Positions 1-12,266 of a stretch of DNA of 64,000 nt are shown in pieces (positions within the stretch are counted from its first letter, which is position 1; each line of letters starts with the position of its first letter). The translations under genes were made by a program, and so were the position numbers. Source of the DNA: an uncultured Candidatus Saccharibacteria bacterium (GTDB taxonomy: Bacteria; Patescibacteriota; Minisyncoccia; Phycocordibacterales; UBA9973); the NCBI GenBank assembly GCA_964423445.1, contig CAYREQ010000002.1, forward strand, positions 60,641 to 124,640. Reading direction: 5' to 3'. The notes beneath the pieces were generated by a model. The model searched no databases and had not been told where the DNA came from. It was given only the letters and a program-made list of their open reading frames with translations.

Positions 1-2
1 TA

Positions 3-2255
3 AACAATACACCTGGAGCTCATTCTGACGATATAGATCATTTGGGTCAAAGACGTGTACGTTTTGTCGGAGAAATTCTTCAACAAAAAGTACGTACAGG
101 TATGATGCAAATCAAGAGAAACATTCAAGACAGAATGTCTATCATTGATGTAGATACAGCTATGCCGATAGCTATAATAAACCAACGTCCACTCCAAGCT
201 CGTATCAAAGAATTTTTCACAACAAACCAGCTTTCACAATTCATGGCACAAGAAAACGTGCTAAATGAAATGGAGCATCTCCGTACTCTCTCAGCACTTG
301 GGCCCGGAGGTCTTACACGTGAACGCGCAGGACTTGAAGTCCGTGACGTACACCCAAGTCACTATGGAAGAGTATGTCCTATACATACACCTGAAGGTCC
401 AAACATTGGTCTTATTCTTCACCTTTCTACGTATGCAAAAATAAACGAATTTGGAATAATCGAGACTCCTTATATTAAAGTAAAAAATGGAAAAATAACT
501 GGTGAAATTCAATACTTGAATGCACTAGAAGAAGAAAAGTACAACATTGCTCACTCTGGTATCCCTTATGATTCCGAGGGGAAAATAAGTGAAGACAGAG
601 TCGAAGCTAGATTAAAGACAGAGCCTGGAACAATTTCAAAAAACGAAGTTGATTTTATTGACGTGGCTGCAAACCAAGCTTTCTCTATCGCTACTTCACT
701 CATTCCTTTCCTAGAACACAACGACGCAAACAGAGCACTCATGGGATCAAACATGCAGAAACAAGCAGTGCCTTGTGTGCTTCCAGAAGCTCCACTAGTC
801 GCTACAGGAGTAGAAGCACTAGCTTCTAGAGATTCAGGTAGATTGATAATAGCTGAAGAAGATGGCGTAGTATCTTACTTGGATGCAAGAAAAATAATCG
901 TTACCGGTAAGTCTGACAAGAAAAAGACTTATGACTTAGTAAACTTTATGAGAAATAACAACTTCTCTGTGTTCCACCAACGCCCATCTGTAAACTTGGG
1001 AGATAAAGTTAAAAAAGGTGATGTACTAGCAGACACTAGTAGTACAGTAGAAGGACAGATATCAATCGGACAAAATATTTTCGTCGCTTTCTTGTCTTGG
1101 TCTGGTTCAAACTATGAGGACGCGATAATAGTATCTGAACGTCTAGTAAAAAATAGTAAATTTACAAGTATTTACTTAGAAGAGTTTACTTGCGTGGTTC
1201 GTGATACAAAACTTGGGCCCGAAATTACAACAAGAGATATACCAAACATAGGAGAATTAAAATTGAAAGATTTGGATGAAGACGGTGTTATCCGTATCGG
1301 TGCTGAAGTACGAGAAAATGATATTTTGGTTGGTAAAATTACTCCGAAAGGAGAGACAGAGCTTACACCAGAAGAGAGATTGCTCCGAAGTATCTTTGCT
1401 GAAAAAGCACGCGATGTAAAAGACACATCACTACGTATGGAACACGGTAAACGTGGACGTATCATAGGTGTAAAAATCTTTTCACGAGATCTTGGCCACA
1501 CACTAGAAGCAGGAATAATAAAGAAAATTGTTATTGAAGTCGCACAAATAAGAAATATTTCAATTGGAGACAAGCTTTCAGGAAGACATGGAAACAAAGG
1601 AGTTATATCTATAATTCTTCCAGAAGAAGATATGCCTTACACAGCAGACGGTACACCAATAGATATTATTCTTTCTCCACTCGGTGTCCCTTCTCGTATG
1701 AACTTGGGACAGATTATGGAAATGCACTTAGGCCTAGCAGCTCATACACTAGGATATCAAGCAATCACTCCACCATTCTTGGGAGCAAAAGAAACAGAGA
1801 TAAGAGAAGAATTGAAAAAAGCTGGACTTCCAGAAAATGGAAAATTAAAACTTTTTGATGGACGAACAGGTGAAGCTTTTAATCAAGACGTAGCTGTTGG
1901 ATACATGTACATGCTAAAACTTCACCACATGGTAGAAGACAAGATCCACATGCGTTCAATTGGTCCCTACAGTCTTATCACTCAGCAACCTCTTGGGGGA
2001 AAAGCTCAAGGCGGAGGACAGAGATTCGGAGAAATGGAAGTCTGGGCACTCGAAGGTTATGGAGCAGCTTATACTTTGCGCGAAATGTTGACTATAAAAT
2101 CTGATGACATCGCAGGTCGTAGTGCGACGTTTGATTCCATTATTAAAAATGAAACGATCAGACCACCAAATTCTCCAGCATCGTTTAATGTTCTATTAAA
2201 TTATTTACGCGGACTTGCAATGGACGTGAATTTAATGAAAGACAACGAAAAATAA
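3..2255 (+). CDS. rpoB: RNA polymerase beta subunit (5'-partial; frame open from the window start)
   Basis: DDIDHLGQRRVR, RDVHPSHYGRVCPIHTPEGPNIGL, GDKLSGRHGNKG and GGQRFGEMEVWALE motifs. Confidence 0.99.
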   Translation, partial: NNTPGAHSDDIDHLGQRRVRFVGEILQQKVRTGMMQIKRNIQDRMSIIDVDTAMPIAIINQRPLQARIKEFFTTNQLSQFMAQENVLNEMEHLRTLSALGPGGLTRERAGLEVRDVHPSHYGRVCPIHTPEGPNIGLILHLSTYAKINEFGIIETPYIKVKNGKITGEIQYLNALEEEKYNIAHSGIPYDSEGKISEDRVEARLKTEPGTISKNEVDFIDVAANQAFSIATSLIPFLEHNDANRALMGSNMQKQAVPCVLPEAPLVATGVEALASRDSGRLIIAEEDGVVSYLDARKIIVTGKSDKKKTYDLVNFMRNNNFSVFHQRPSVNLGDKVKKGDVLADTSSTVEGQISIGQNIFVAFLSWSGSNYEDAIIVSERLVKNSKFTSIYLEEFTCVVRDTKLGPEITTRDIPNIGELKLKDLDEDGVIRIGAEVRENDILVGKITPKGETELTPEERLLRSIFAEKARDVKDTSLRMEHGKRGRIIGVKIFSRDLGHTLEAGIIKKIVIEVAQIRNISIGDKLSGRHGNKGVISIILPEEDMPYTADGTPIDIILSPLGVPSRMNLGQIMEMHLGLAAHTLGYQAITPPFLGAKETEIREELKKAGLPENGKLKLFDGRTGEAFNQDVAVGYMYMLKLHHMVEDKIHMRSIGPYSLITQQPLGGKAQGGGQRFGEMEVWALEGYGAAYTLREMLTIKSDDIAGRSATFDSIIKNETIRPPNSPASFNVLLNYLRGLAMDVNLMKDNEK

Positions 2256-2280
2256 TTTATAGACTATAAAATAAAAATAT

Positions 2281-5200
2281 ATGAAAACATTAAACACAAC
2301 TGAATTTGATAAAATTGCTCTAAGACTCGCATCTCCAGAGCAAATACAAGAATGGTCTTTTGGAGAAGTCACAAAGCCAGAGACTATAAACTATAGAACA
2401 GGGCGCAGTGAGCGTGGTGGCTTGTTCGACGAAAAAATATTCGGACCAGAAAAAGACTATGAATGTTACTGTGGAAAATACCGAAGAATTCGTTATAAAG
2501 ATATTATCTGTGAAAAATGTGGAGTGGAAGTTACTCGCTCTATAGTAAGACGAGAGAGAATGGGTCATATCGAACTCGCTACTCCTGTATCACATATCTG
2601 GTTCTTGCGTGGAGTACCTTCTCGCATGAGTATATTACTCAATATTTCTGTATCTGATCTTGAGAAGGTCATATACTTTGCTGGATATATAATAGTCAAA
2701 GTACACGAAGAAGAAAAAAAGACTATCATAGAAAATCTAGAGAAGGAGTATAAATCTAAATTGAAAAATTCTAGTGATGAGGAGACAAAAGAAAAATTAA
2801 AGAATTTACTTTCTATCACTAAAAAAGAAATTACAGAAATATATGAAGGTAAAGTTTTAAATGAAATATCTTTCCATCATTATTCTCTAAAATACGGTAC
2901 TTGTTTTGAAGCTAGCATAGGAGCTGAAGCTATATATTCTATTTTCAAAAACCTAGACCTAAATAAACTAAAACTACACACTGAAGCTATGCTTGTAAAA
3001 GCAAGTATCGTTGAAAAAGAAAAGTTACAAAAAAGACTTTCTTTGATTCGTGCTATGACTTATGCAGGAATTCGTCCCGAATGGATGTTTTTGACTGTAA
3101 TACCAGTCATTCCTCCAGTGCTTCGCCCTATGGTGGCACTCGATGGTGGTAGACACGCTACAAGTGATCTTAACGACTTATATCGCCGAGTTATAAACCG
3201 AAATAATCGTCTAAAGAAACTAAAAGAAATAAATGCTCCAGACGTAATTCTAAGAAATGAAAAAAGAATTATCCAAGAAGCAGTGGATGCTCTTATAGAT
3301 AACTCAATTGCAAAACAAAATGATTCTACAGCAATGAGTCAATCTCAGAGACGTCCCTTGAAATCTTTGTCTGACAACTTGAAATCAAAACAAGGTTTGT
3401 TCCGTCAAAACTTGCTTGGAAAGCGTGTAGACTATTCTGGACGTTCTGTAATCGTGGTTGGTCCTACTCTAAAATTGAATCAATGTGGTCTACCAAAACA
3501 CATGGCTCTAGAATTATTTAGACCATTTGTTATTTCAAAGATACTTGAATCAGAACTAGCGTTTAACATCAGAGGAGCAAATAAACTAATAGAAGAGCGA
3601 GAGGGAGTAATCTGGGCAATCTTAGAAGAAATAATTGAAGGAAAATATGTTCTTCTAAACCGTGCGCCTACTTTGCACCGTCTTGGTATCCAAGCTTTCA
3701 ATCCAATTCTTATCGAAGGAAATGCTATCCAAGTGCACCCACTAGTATGTGAGGCTTTCAACGCTGACTTCGACGGAGACCAGATGGCTGTATATGTTCC
3801 ACTACTAGATGAAGCACAAAAAGAAGCAAAAGAATTAATGGCAGCAAATAAAAACTTGCTTAAGCCACAAAACGGAAATCCAATCGTGCATCCAAGTAAA
3901 GACATAGTCTTGGGATCTTACTGGATGACTAAGAACATGGATGGAGAATTGGGGGAAGGAAAATATTTCTCAAATCCAAATACAGCTATATTAGCTTTTG
4001 AGTATGGAGTAGTATCCCTTCGTGCAAAGATAAAAGTATTAGCTACTGATAGACAAAAATATAAAAAATTTAACGGAGAAATGTTTGAGACGACAGTAGG
4101 AAGACTATTATTCAATAGTATTTTGCCAAACGACTTTTCTTTTGTTAATGACGAAATGACTCAAGGCAGACTATCAGCATTATTGGATGAGCTTATCATG
4201 CAATACGGCGTAGACAATACTCCTCCAATCCTAGACAAGATTAAAGCTTTCGGATTCAAATATTCTACAGTTTCTGGTACTACTTGGGGGCTAGACAATG
4301 TCAGTGTTCCTGCACAAAAACCAGCAATAATTAAAAAGGGTAGAGACTTAGAAGAAAAAATAATATCAGAATGGAGTGACGGTCTTCTTTCAAACGAAGA
4401 AAAATATCAAAAAGTTATTGAAGTTTGGGCAAGTGCTAAAAAAGAATTAGAAAAAGTATTGCCTAGTACTCTTGATGTAAATAGTTCTACTTATGACTTA
4501 TTCACTTCAAAAGCTAGAGGTACTATGACTTCATTGGTCCAGATGACAGGAATGAAGGGACTTATTCAAAACAACCAAGGTAAGACTTTGGAATTCCCAA
4601 TCATATCTTGTTACCAAGAAGGTCTTTCTCCTCTTGAATACTTCATAACTACTCACGGAGCTCGAAAAGGTGCATCTGATACCGCTTTGAACACTGCGAA
4701 GGCTGGTTATTTGACTCGAAGACTTGTGGACGTAGCTCAAGACGTGGTCATCACCGAAGAAGATTGTGGAACTAAAGAAGGTAAAATTGTCTCAAAAGAA
4801 AATATTTCTGGTATTGAAATTCCTCTTTCAAAAAATATTCGTGGACGTGTACTCGCTGGAGATTTGAAAGATGCACAAGGCAATGTTGTTTACAAGAAAG
4901 GATTCTTGGTAACAAAAGAAGAAGCAATAAATATAGAGAAACAAGGATTCACAGAAGTATTTGTACGTTCACCACTTACATGTCGTACTATTCACGGTCT
5001 ATGTGTAATGTGTTACGGACTTGATCTAGGAAGAAATCATCTTGTAGATCTAGGTGAGGCTGTAGGTATTATCGCAGCGCAAGCTATCGGAGAGCCTGGT
5101 ACACAGCTTACACTTCGTACATTCCACGCTGGAGGAGTCGCTGGTACTGACATCACTACTGGTCTTCCACGTATTGAAGAAATCTTTGAAAGAAGAATTC

Positions 5201-5889
5201 CAAAGAACCCAGCTGTAGTCTCAGAGACAGACGGAGAAGTAATTTCTATTACTGCAAAAGATGGTGAAGAGAAAATCATAAAAGTATTATCTGATACAAA
5301 ATTAGATGGCAAGAGTAATGAGATGGAATACATAGTAGCTTTCCGTCGAGTACCTATGGTAAAAGCAGGTGATAAGGTGAAAAAGGGAGAGCTTCTCACA
5401 GATGGTTCTGCTGACATTGCTCAAATATTCAAATTTGGAGGAAAAGAACTTGTAGAGAAATACATCATTCATGAAATCAATAAAGTTTACGAACTTCAAA
5501 ATGCTTCTATTTCTAGAAAGCACACTGAAATAATCGTTCGCCAAATGTTCTCACGCCGAAAGATAAAAGACGCAGGAGAGACAAACTTCTCTGCTGGAGA
5601 TATCGTAGAACACACTACTTTCATGGAAGAAAATATTCGTATGAATGAAATAGGTGGAACTGAAGCAAAAGCTGAGACAGTGGTCCTAGGTATTACCGAA
5701 GTATCACTTCGTACAAAGAGTTGGTTATCTGCTGCTTCATTCCAAAACACTAACCGTGTCTTAATCGAAAATGCTATCAAGGGCGGAGTAGATAACCTAC
5801 GCGGACTAAAAGAAAACGTAATCATCGGACGATTGATTCCAGCCGGAACAGGATTCAAAAAGAAAGCTTCTACTTCTAAAGAAGAATAA
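2281..5889 (+). CDS. rpoC: RNA polymerase beta' subunit
   Basis: Zn finger CYCGKY...CEKC, catalytic NADFDGD, follows rpoB. Confidence 0.99.
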   Translation: MKTLNTTEFDKIALRLASPEQIQEWSFGEVTKPETINYRTGRSERGGLFDEKIFGPEKDYECYCGKYRRIRYKDIICEKCGVEVTRSIVRRERMGHIELATPVSHIWFLRGVPSRMSILLNISVSDLEKVIYFAGYIIVKVHEEEKKTIIENLEKEYKSKLKNSSDEETKEKLKNLLSITKKEITEIYEGKVLNEISFHHYSLKYGTCFEASIGAEAIYSIFKNLDLNKLKLHTEAMLVKASIVEKEKLQKRLSLIRAMTYAGIRPEWMFLTVIPVIPPVLRPMVALDGGRHATSDLNDLYRRVINRNNRLKKLKEINAPDVILRNEKRIIQEAVDALIDNSIAKQNDSTAMSQSQRRPLKSLSDNLKSKQGLFRQNLLGKRVDYSGRSVIVVGPTLKLNQCGLPKHMALELFRPFVISKILESELAFNIRGANKLIEEREGVIWAILEEIIEGKYVLLNRAPTLHRLGIQAFNPILIEGNAIQVHPLVCEAFNADFDGDQMAVYVPLLDEAQKEAKELMAANKNLLKPQNGNPIVHPSKDIVLGSYWMTKNMDGELGEGKYFSNPNTAILAFEYGVVSLRAKIKVLATDRQKYKKFNGEMFETTVGRLLFNSILPNDFSFVNDEMTQGRLSALLDELIMQYGVDNTPPILDKIKAFGFKYSTVSGTTWGLDNVSVPAQKPAIIKKGRDLEEKIISEWSDGLLSNEEKYQKVIEVWASAKKELEKVLPSTLDVNSSTYDLFTSKARGTMTSLVQMTGMKGLIQNNQGKTLEFPIISCYQEGLSPLEYFITTHGARKGASDTALNTAKAGYLTRRLVDVAQDVVITEEDCGTKEGKIVSKENISGIEIPLSKNIRGRVLAGDLKDAQGNVVYKKGFLVTKEEAINIEKQGFTEVFVRSPLTCRTIHGLCVMCYGLDLGRNHLVDLGEAVGIIAAQAIGEPGTQLTLRTFHAGGVAGTDITTGLPRIEEIFERRIPKNPAVVSETDGEVISITAKDGEEKIIKVLSDTKLDGKSNEMEYIVAFRRVPMVKAGDKVKKGELLTDGSADIAQIFKFGGKELVEKYIIHEINKVYELQNASISRKHTEIIVRQMFSRRKIKDAGETNFSAGDIVEHTTFMEENIRMNEIGGTEAKAETVVLGITEVSLRTKSWLSAASFQNTNRVLIENAIKGGVDNLRGLKENVIIGRLIPAGTGFKKKASTSKEE

Positions 5890-5895
5890 AATTTT

Positions 5896-7653
5896 ATGAA
5901 CTCTCCCGTAACAAAAATTAAGGAGAGCCTGCCAATCGAAGAAATAGTCTCTTCTTACATAAAGCTAGAAAAGTCAGGCGCAAATTTTAGGGCCAAGTGT
6001 CCATTTCACAACGAAAAGACACCATCCTTTTTTGTTTCGCCAGCACGGGGGAGCTACTACTGTTTTGGATGTAGTGCTTCTGGAGATATATTTACTTTCG
6101 TGGAAGAATTTGAAGGCTTGGATTTCAAGGGGGCATTGAAACTTTTGGCTGGTAAAGCTGGAATCCAGCTAGAGAATTTTAATCCCAAAGAAGAGAGTGA
6201 AAAAGAAAGACTTTACAGAGTGATGGAAGAAGCTACAAAGTTCTTTGAAAAAAACTTAGAAAAAAATTCTGAAGTCATTACCTATCTTAAGACAAGAGGT
6301 CTAAATGATGAAAGTATTAAAAATTTCCGTATTGGATTTGTTCCTGAAGAATGGAGACTTTTATATTCTCATCTCACACAGATTGGTTGGAAAGATAATG
6401 ATATAGAAAAAGCTGGACTCGCTAAAAAGACAGAAAAGGGAATGTATGATAGATTTCGTAATCGAATCGTGTTTCCTATCTCTGACTCCAGTGGGCGAGT
6501 CATAGCCTTTTCTGGAAGACTTTTTAAAGATGATGGAAAGTCTGCAAAGTACTTGAATAGTCCAGATACACCTATCTTTAATAAATCTCTAGTATTGTTT
6601 GGCTTGGATAAAGCCAAGGAATCTATTCGTAAAAATAATTTTTCTATACTTGTCGAAGGTCAGATGGATTTGGTATTGTCTCACCAAGCAGGTTATAAAA
6701 ATACTGTAGCCACCTCTGGTACTGCCTTGTCTGATGCTACTGTAAGCAAAGAGAATGTAGTTTCAAATCTTGGACTTGTTCGTCGTTTGTCTGAAAATAT
6801 TGTACTTGCTTTTGATGGTGATAAGGCTGGATTTAGCGCATCATTAAGGGCAGGCAAGATAGCTCTATCGCTCGGCATGGACGTAAAAGTAGCCAATTTG
6901 CCACAAGGAGTAGACCCAGCAGACTTGATATCAAAAGATGGAAATGATGCTTGGCGTAGCGCCATAAGAGGCTCAAAACACCTGATAGAATTCTTTTTAG
7001 ACAAGGTTTTACTGGACGCGAGTGGAGACAATAGAAAAGCGGGACGAGAAATAAAAGAAAAAGTGCTTCCTTTTGTAAACTCAATAGAAAGCTCAATAGA
7101 GCAAATGCATTTTATTAAAAAAATATCTGATATGTCATCTATACCAGAACAGGCGTTGAAAGATGATTTAAAAAAAATTGAACAAGAGTTGAAGTTTGAA
7201 AAAAATGAAATTAAAGAAATAAAAAATACTAGCAGTGCTATATCTAAAAAAGATTATATAGAGAAAAAACTTTTAGGTATAATTGTTTGGCAGAAAGGTC
7301 TCGGTGAATCAGAGATAGATACCGATAAAATATTGAGAGATTTGAGTACAATTTCAAAGCAGAATGAAGATTATTTTTTAGAAAAAACTAAAAACAACAA
7401 AGAAGATCTTATTTTTGAAGCAGAAGTTTTTTATGGAGGAGGAATAGACCTAAAGAAAGACATAAATGAGCTTTTGTTAAACTTAGAAGAAGAATATTTA
7501 AATGAAGATTTAGCAAAGAAAATGCAAGAATTACACAGACATTCGCAAAATAAAAACCCAGAAAAAGAAAGAGAAGTCATGGAAGAATTAAAAGAAATAA
7601 ACAATAAAATACAAAATATTAAAAATAGTCGTTTAAATAATAAGTTTATATAA
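5896..7653 (+). CDS. dnaG: DNA primase
   Basis: CHC2 Zn finger [11 protein letters not shown]...[23 protein letters not shown] and FDGD. Confidence 0.98.
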   Translation: MNSPVTKIKESLPIEEIVSSYIKLEKSGANFRAKCPFHNEKTPSFFVSPARGSYYCFGCSASGDIFTFVEEFEGLDFKGALKLLAGKAGIQLENFNPKEESEKERLYRVMEEATKFFEKNLEKNSEVITYLKTRGLNDESIKNFRIGFVPEEWRLLYSHLTQIGWKDNDIEKAGLAKKTEKGMYDRFRNRIVFPISDSSGRVIAFSGRLFKDDGKSAKYLNSPDTPIFNKSLVLFGLDKAKESIRKNNFSILVEGQMDLVLSHQAGYKNTVATSGTALSDATVSKENVVSNLGLVRRLSENIVLAFDGDKAGFSASLRAGKIALSLGMDVKVANLPQGVDPADLISKDGNDAWRSAIRGSKHLIEFFLDKVLLDASGDNRKAGREIKEKVLPFVNSIESSIEQMHFIKKISDMSSIPEQALKDDLKKIEQELKFEKNEIKEIKNTSSAISKKDYIEKKLLGIIVWQKGLGESEIDTDKILRDLSTISKQNEDYFLEKTKNNKEDLIFEAEVFYGGGIDLKKDINELLLNLEEEYLNEDLAKKMQELHRHSQNKNPEKEREVMEELKEINNKIQNIKNSRLNNKFI

Positions 7654-7657
7654 AAAT

Positions 7658-8917
7658 ATGAAAACAAAAAATAAAGTAGCAAAGAAAAAAGTAATAAAGA
7701 AAAAGATAAAAGTAGTAAAGAAGGTGAAAAAACCTGTAAAAAAAGCTAAAGCAAAGGCTGTCAAAAAGATTGCAAAAAAGAAGGTAGTAAAGAAAAAAGT
7801 CATAAAGAAAAAGCCAGTAAAAATAGCAAAGAAAAGTAATAAGGCTGAGACTAAAGAACAAAAATTAAATCGTCTTTCAGATGAATTGGTAGAAAAAGGA
7901 CGCAAGAGAGGCTTTATAACCTATGATGAAATTTTGAAAGTTTTTCCTGATATTGAAAACAACATCTTATTCTTGGATGAGCTTTATGAAAAATTTGGGT
8001 TGGCATCTATCGATGTGTTAGAAGGAGGAAACTTGCTTGACCTAGATTTAGATATTACTGATAAAGACTTAAACAAAGGTTCAATGCATGATTCTATCCA
8101 AATGTACTTGAAAGAGATAGGACAATACCCACTTATTCGTGCAGGAGAAGAGAGAGATTTAGCAAAGAGAATAGAACAAGGTGATATGGAAGCAAAGAAT
8201 TTGCTCGCTCGCGCGAACCTTCGATTGGTGGTATCTATCGCTAAAAAATATGTAGGCAGAAGTGCAAATTTAAATTTACTTGATTTGATACAAGAAGGAA
8301 ACCTCGGATTATTTAAAGCTGTAGAAAAATTTGATTGGACTAAAGGATACAAGTTTTCTACTTATGCTACTTGGTGGATTCGTCAGTCTATCACTCGTGC
8401 CCTTGCTGACCAAAGCAGAACTATTCGTATACCGGTGCACATGGTAGAGACAATATCAAAATATAAACAAATAATGCGAAGACTTTCTCAAGACCTTGGC
8501 CGTGAGCCACTCGCTGAAGAGATAGCCACAGAGATGGATATACCAGTAGAGAAGATTCATATTATTGAAAAAATTAGCCAAGACACAATCTCATTAGAAC
8601 AGCCGATAGGTGACGATGATGATAAGTCAACATTGGAAAACTTTATTCCAGACGACAAGATTTTACGTCCAGATCAAGAATCTTCTCGCCGAATTTTATC
8701 TGACCAAATTCGTGAAGTCTTGGATGAATTGAATCCTAAAGAAAGAAAAATTCTTGAAATGAGATATGGCTTACTAGACGGCATACAGCACACACTCGAG
8801 AGAGTGGGGGAAGAATTTGGAGTCACTCGTGAACGTATAAGACAGATTGAAGCTAAAGTTCATGAAAAGCTTCGCCAGCATGAAAAAATAGCAAGACTTA
8901 AAAATTACTTTGATTAA
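7658..8917 (+). CDS. rpoD: Primary sigma factor with a Lys-rich N-terminal extension
   Basis: [34 protein letters not shown], region 4 TRERIRQIE. Confidence 0.97.
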   Translation: MKTKNKVAKKKVIKKKIKVVKKVKKPVKKAKAKAVKKIAKKKVVKKKVIKKKPVKIAKKSNKAETKEQKLNRLSDELVEKGRKRGFITYDEILKVFPDIENNILFLDELYEKFGLASIDVLEGGNLLDLDLDITDKDLNKGSMHDSIQMYLKEIGQYPLIRAGEERDLAKRIEQGDMEAKNLLARANLRLVVSIAKKYVGRSANLNLLDLIQEGNLGLFKAVEKFDWTKGYKFSTYATWWIRQSITRALADQSRTIRIPVHMVETISKYKQIMRRLSQDLGREPLAEEIATEMDIPVEKIHIIEKISQDTISLEQPIGDDDDKSTLENFIPDDKILRPDQESSRRILSDQIREVLDELNPKERKILEMRYGLLDGIQHTLERVGEEFGVTRERIRQIEAKVHEKLRQHEKIARLKNYFD

Positions 8918-8952
8918 ATAAAAAATCCCCCATATGGGGGATTTTTTATTTA
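8915..8952. terminator. Bidirectional intrinsic terminator (perfect 38-bp palindrome)
   Basis: TAAATAAAAAATCCCCCATATGGGGGATTTTTTATTTA between convergent rpoD and the DsbA-family gene. Confidence 0.9.
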
Positions 8953-8963
8953 TGAACATTGCT

Positions 8964-9659
8964 TTATTGCTTCAAAGCCTTATCAATCTTTTGTTTTACT
9001 GATGGGAATTGTTCTGCTCCTGGGATAGTATCTACCATTTTACCATTTACAAAGATAAATGAAGATGGAGTACCACTGACACCTGCTTGTGAACCCTCAG
9101 TTATATCTGCTTGAATTTTGTCTACAAATTTACCACTATCTAAACAAGTTTCAAAAGCTTTAACATCTAGACCGATATATTTTGCTATGTTTGAAAGCTC
9201 AGATACTTCTAAACCATTGTTTGATGGAGTAACTTCAAAAACTCTATTAGTATATTTCCAGAAAGCTTCATTACCACCTTGTTCCCAAGCACACTCTGTA
9301 GCTTCTGCTTCATGAAAAGCTTTTGGGTGAAGTTGAGGAATAGGGTAGTGTCTAAATACCCAAGCTACATCACCATCATACATAGATACTGTCTGTTGCA
9401 TTGTCTGGTGGAAAACTTTACAGAAAGGACATTCAAGGTCTGAATATTCTACCACTATTACTTTTGCGTCCAAACTTCCGACAATATGATCATCCATATC
9501 TGCGGGCATTACTATGTCTGCATTGATACTATCTGTTACAAGAGGCACTTTCTCTACTTTTACTGGTGGTTTACTATCTTTTAATAATATAGCTCCAGCT
9601 ATGAGAAAACCTACTACTATAATCGCACTTACTATCTCTTTTTGTTGAATTTTTGGCAT
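8964..9659 (-). CDS. DsbA/BdbD-family thiol-disulfide oxidoreductase, membrane anchored
   Basis: EYSDLECPFC, FRHYP and GVSGTP motifs; N-terminal hydrophobic helix. Confidence 0.92.
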   Translation of the reverse strand: MPKIQQKEIVSAIIVVGFLIAGAILLKDSKPPVKVEKVPLVTDSINADIVMPADMDDHIVGSLDAKVIVVEYSDLECPFCKVFHQTMQQTVSMYDGDVAWVFRHYPIPQLHPKAFHEAEATECAWEQGGNEAFWKYTNRVFEVTPSNNGLEVSELSNIAKYIGLDVKAFETCLDSGKFVDKIQADITEGSQAGVSGTPSSFIFVNGKMVDTIPGAEQFPSVKQKIDKALKQ

Positions 9660-9765
9660 ATTTTATATGATAATGACTAATACGCTATTGTAGCATATTT
9701 TGTAATTGTGCTACAATAAATGTATTATAAAGGTCATTTATTAATTAATTTTTTTAAATAATATT

Positions 9766-10056
9766 ATGTGTAAAGGAAAATTTGGAGCATGTATGTGTGT
9801 ACCAGCTTTAATCGCTAAGATTCTACTTATAGTAGGAGGAGTAAATTGGGGTTTGGTAGGTGTAGGTATGTTTATGGGCAGTAATTTAAATCTAGTAAAC
9901 TTGATTTTTGGTTCAATGCCTACAGTAGAGGCTATTGTATATGTCGTAGTCGGTCTTTCAGCAGTCATGAGTCTTATTGGATGCCGATGCAAGACTTGTT
10001 CTAGCTGTACTTGCAGTGTTGACTCTAGTGCAAAGACAGGGGACGGAATGATGTAG
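9766..10056 (+). CDS. DUF378-like small membrane protein with Cys-rich ends
   Basis: IVGGVNWGLVG...NLVNLIFG...YVVVGLSA pattern. Confidence 0.8.
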   Translation: MCKGKFGACMCVPALIAKILLIVGGVNWGLVGVGMFMGSNLNLVNLIFGSMPTVEAIVYVVVGLSAVMSLIGCRCKTCSSCTCSVDSSAKTGDGMM

Positions 10057-10098
10057 TTTTTTACACCATTTGACAAAACCCAATATAGGTGGGATTAT

Positions 10099-10127
10099 TT
10101 GCATTTTTCTGTAAATAGTGTTATAAT
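10099..10127 (+). promoter_or_regulatory. Sigma70-type promoter of the GT2 gene
   Basis: TTGCAT-N17-TATAAT with extended TG; implies the real start is ATG 10138. Confidence 0.7.
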
Positions 10128-10137
10128 ACAACATTAT

Positions 10138-11379
10138 ATGTCTTCGGTTACAAATTTTATATTTTATATATTCATATTTCTTTCTGTTTACGCGCAGGTC
10201 TTTTTCTTCGTTACTTTCCTAGAAAATAGAAAAAGAATAATCACTAGAAACGGGAAAATAAAATTAAAAAATTACCCTCCTGTTACTATTGTAATTCCTT
10301 GCTGGAACGAAGAAACTACAGTATATAAAACTATACGTTCAGCACTAAATTTAAATTATCCGAAAGATAAATTGAAAATAATGCTGATTGATGATGGCTC
10401 TACTGATGGTACATGGAATATTATTAAAAAATTCTCAAAATATCCTAATATCAAAGTATTTAAAAAAGAAAATGGAGGAAAATATACTGCACTCAATCTC
10501 GGGTTAAAAGAAATGGATACTGAATTTTTTGGTGGGCTAGACGCTGACTCTTATGCAGACCCTGAGTCACTAATCCGTATTATGAGCTATTTCGAGAATA
10601 ACCCTGAAGCTATGGCCGTGGTTCCTTCTGTGACAGTACACAATGCAAAGACGATAATACAAAATGCTCAAAAGGCAGAGTACCACATGGGTGTATATTT
10701 CAAGAAAATGCTAGATTTCGTAGGTGCTATAAACGTGACACCTGGACCACTTACAATCTTTAGAAAGAAAGTTTTTGATGATTTGGGTCCATACAAGCAC
10801 GGACACAATACAGAAGACATGGAGATAGCTTATAGAATGCAAAAAAATCACTATAAGATAGAGCACTGTAATGATGCATACGTTTATACCAATACTCCAC
10901 GAACTATCAAAAAACTTTACAAACAAAGACTGCGCTGGATTTATGGTTTTATCAATAACACCTTAGACTACCGTGGCGTTTTATTTAGGAAAAAATATGG
11001 GAATTTCTCTTTATTTACTTTGCCACTAGGAGCACTTTCTATTTTCTCTGTGACTTATCTTTTTAGTAGAATAGTCTATTCTACTGTAGAATTTCTATAT
11101 TCAAAATTTATAGTTTATCAAACTATTGGTTTTCATTTTAATAAAATTAATTTTGACCCATTTTTCATAAACACAAAAGCTTCTATGTTTTTGGTAGTGG
11201 TCATATATAGTTTGGTTATCTTTGCTATGGTATTTGGTAGAAGAATGGCTGAGAGACGTTGGTCATTTTCTTTGTCCATGTTATACTTCTTTCCAGTTTT
11301 CAGTATCATCGCACCGTTTTGGTTTATGAAAGCTTTATACACTACTATTGTAAATAGACGTCCACCAGCGTGGAGATAA
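10138..11379 (+). CDS. Processive family 2 glycosyltransferase (PgaC/IcaA-like)
   Basis: DDGSTD, DAD, TED and QRLRW motifs plus TM helices. Confidence 0.88.
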   Translation: MSSVTNFIFYIFIFLSVYAQVFFFVTFLENRKRIITRNGKIKLKNYPPVTIVIPCWNEETTVYKTIRSALNLNYPKDKLKIMLIDDGSTDGTWNIIKKFSKYPNIKVFKKENGGKYTALNLGLKEMDTEFFGGLDADSYADPESLIRIMSYFENNPEAMAVVPSVTVHNAKTIIQNAQKAEYHMGVYFKKMLDFVGAINVTPGPLTIFRKKVFDDLGPYKHGHNTEDMEIAYRMQKNHYKIEHCNDAYVYTNTPRTIKKLYKQRLRWIYGFINNTLDYRGVLFRKKYGNFSLFTLPLGALSIFSVTYLFSRIVYSTVEFLYSKFIVYQTIGFHFNKINFDPFFINTKASMFLVVVIYSLVIFAMVFGRRMAERRWSFSLSMLYFFPVFSIIAPFWFMKALYTTIVNRRPPAWR

Positions 11380-11386
11380 AAAATAT

Positions 11387-12079
11387 ATGGTAAAAATTGA
11401 TTGGAAAAAATATGTAATTGTGTTTTTTATTACTGTAGGTCTTTTCTTGACTGCGACTTATATCAGTAATTATTTTGGTAATAAAAAAATTGATCAGATA
11501 AAATCTATTCAAGATAAGATAGCTATAGATATATTGTCTTCCGAGACTCAATTTTCATTACTATCAGAGCTTTCTTGTAAAAATATATCAGACTCTGTGT
11601 TTTCAGGTGAATTGGGTGAATTAGGAAACAAATTAGAGTGGGGACAAGAGAACCTGGGTAGCCAAGAAGAATTAACTTATTTAAAAAAATACTATTCACT
11701 ACTTCAAATCAAAGACTATCTACTGGGTAAAAAGATATCTGAACGTTGTAAGGTAAAATCTGCTTTTATTCTTTACTTCTATACTACGGCTGAAAATTGT
11801 AGCGTGTGTGAGAGGGAAGGATTAGTACTCTCAAGTCTACGTGATAAGTATCCTGAGCTACGAGTATACTCTTTTGATTACAATACAGAGCTTTCAGCAG
11901 TAAAAGCAATGCTTCAAATCTATAAGATAAAAGATACTGAGCTACCAGCTCTAGTGCTAGACGATGAGGTACTTACAGGCTTTCACGGCATAGAAGAATT
12001 GGATGCTAAGGTTCAAAAGTCATTTAAACTACAGGAAGTAAAACCTGGAGATACTACTACAAAAAAGAGCTCACAGTAA
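11387..12079 (+). CDS. Membrane-anchored hypothetical protein with a C-terminal thioredoxin-like CxxC domain
   Basis: N-terminal TM helix, YFYTTAENCSVC, ELPALVLD. Confidence 0.6.
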   Translation: MVKIDWKKYVIVFFITVGLFLTATYISNYFGNKKIDQIKSIQDKIAIDILSSETQFSLLSELSCKNISDSVFSGELGELGNKLEWGQENLGSQEELTYLKKYYSLLQIKDYLLGKKISERCKVKSAFILYFYTTAENCSVCEREGLVLSSLRDKYPELRVYSFDYNTELSAVKAMLQIYKIKDTELPALVLDDEVLTGFHGIEELDAKVQKSFKLQEVKPGDTTTKKSSQ

Positions 12080-12169
12080 ATTTATTAAATCTGAGCAAGG
12101 AGACAGGTTTTAAACCCACTATTTTCGCTTTAGTTATGAGTTTATAAGACTACTATTTAGTTTAAACTT

Positions 12170-12245
12170 TGGAGCCGGAAGAGGGATTCGAACCCACGAC
12201 CTTCGCTTTACAAAAGCGTTGCTCTACCAACTGAGCTATTCCGGC
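12170..12245 (-). tRNA. tRNA-Thr(UGU)
   Basis: Reverse complement GCCGGAATAGCTCAGTTGGTAGAGC...TTTGTAA...GGTTCGAATCC...CCGGCTCCA; CCA encoded. Confidence 0.96.
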
Positions 12246-12266
12246 TTAATAAACATACTAACATAA

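Noticed and set aside
291-8352. Numerous antisense ORFs within rpoB, rpoC, dnaG and rpoD
   Set aside because: They are shadows of conserved genes with no recognisable motifs.
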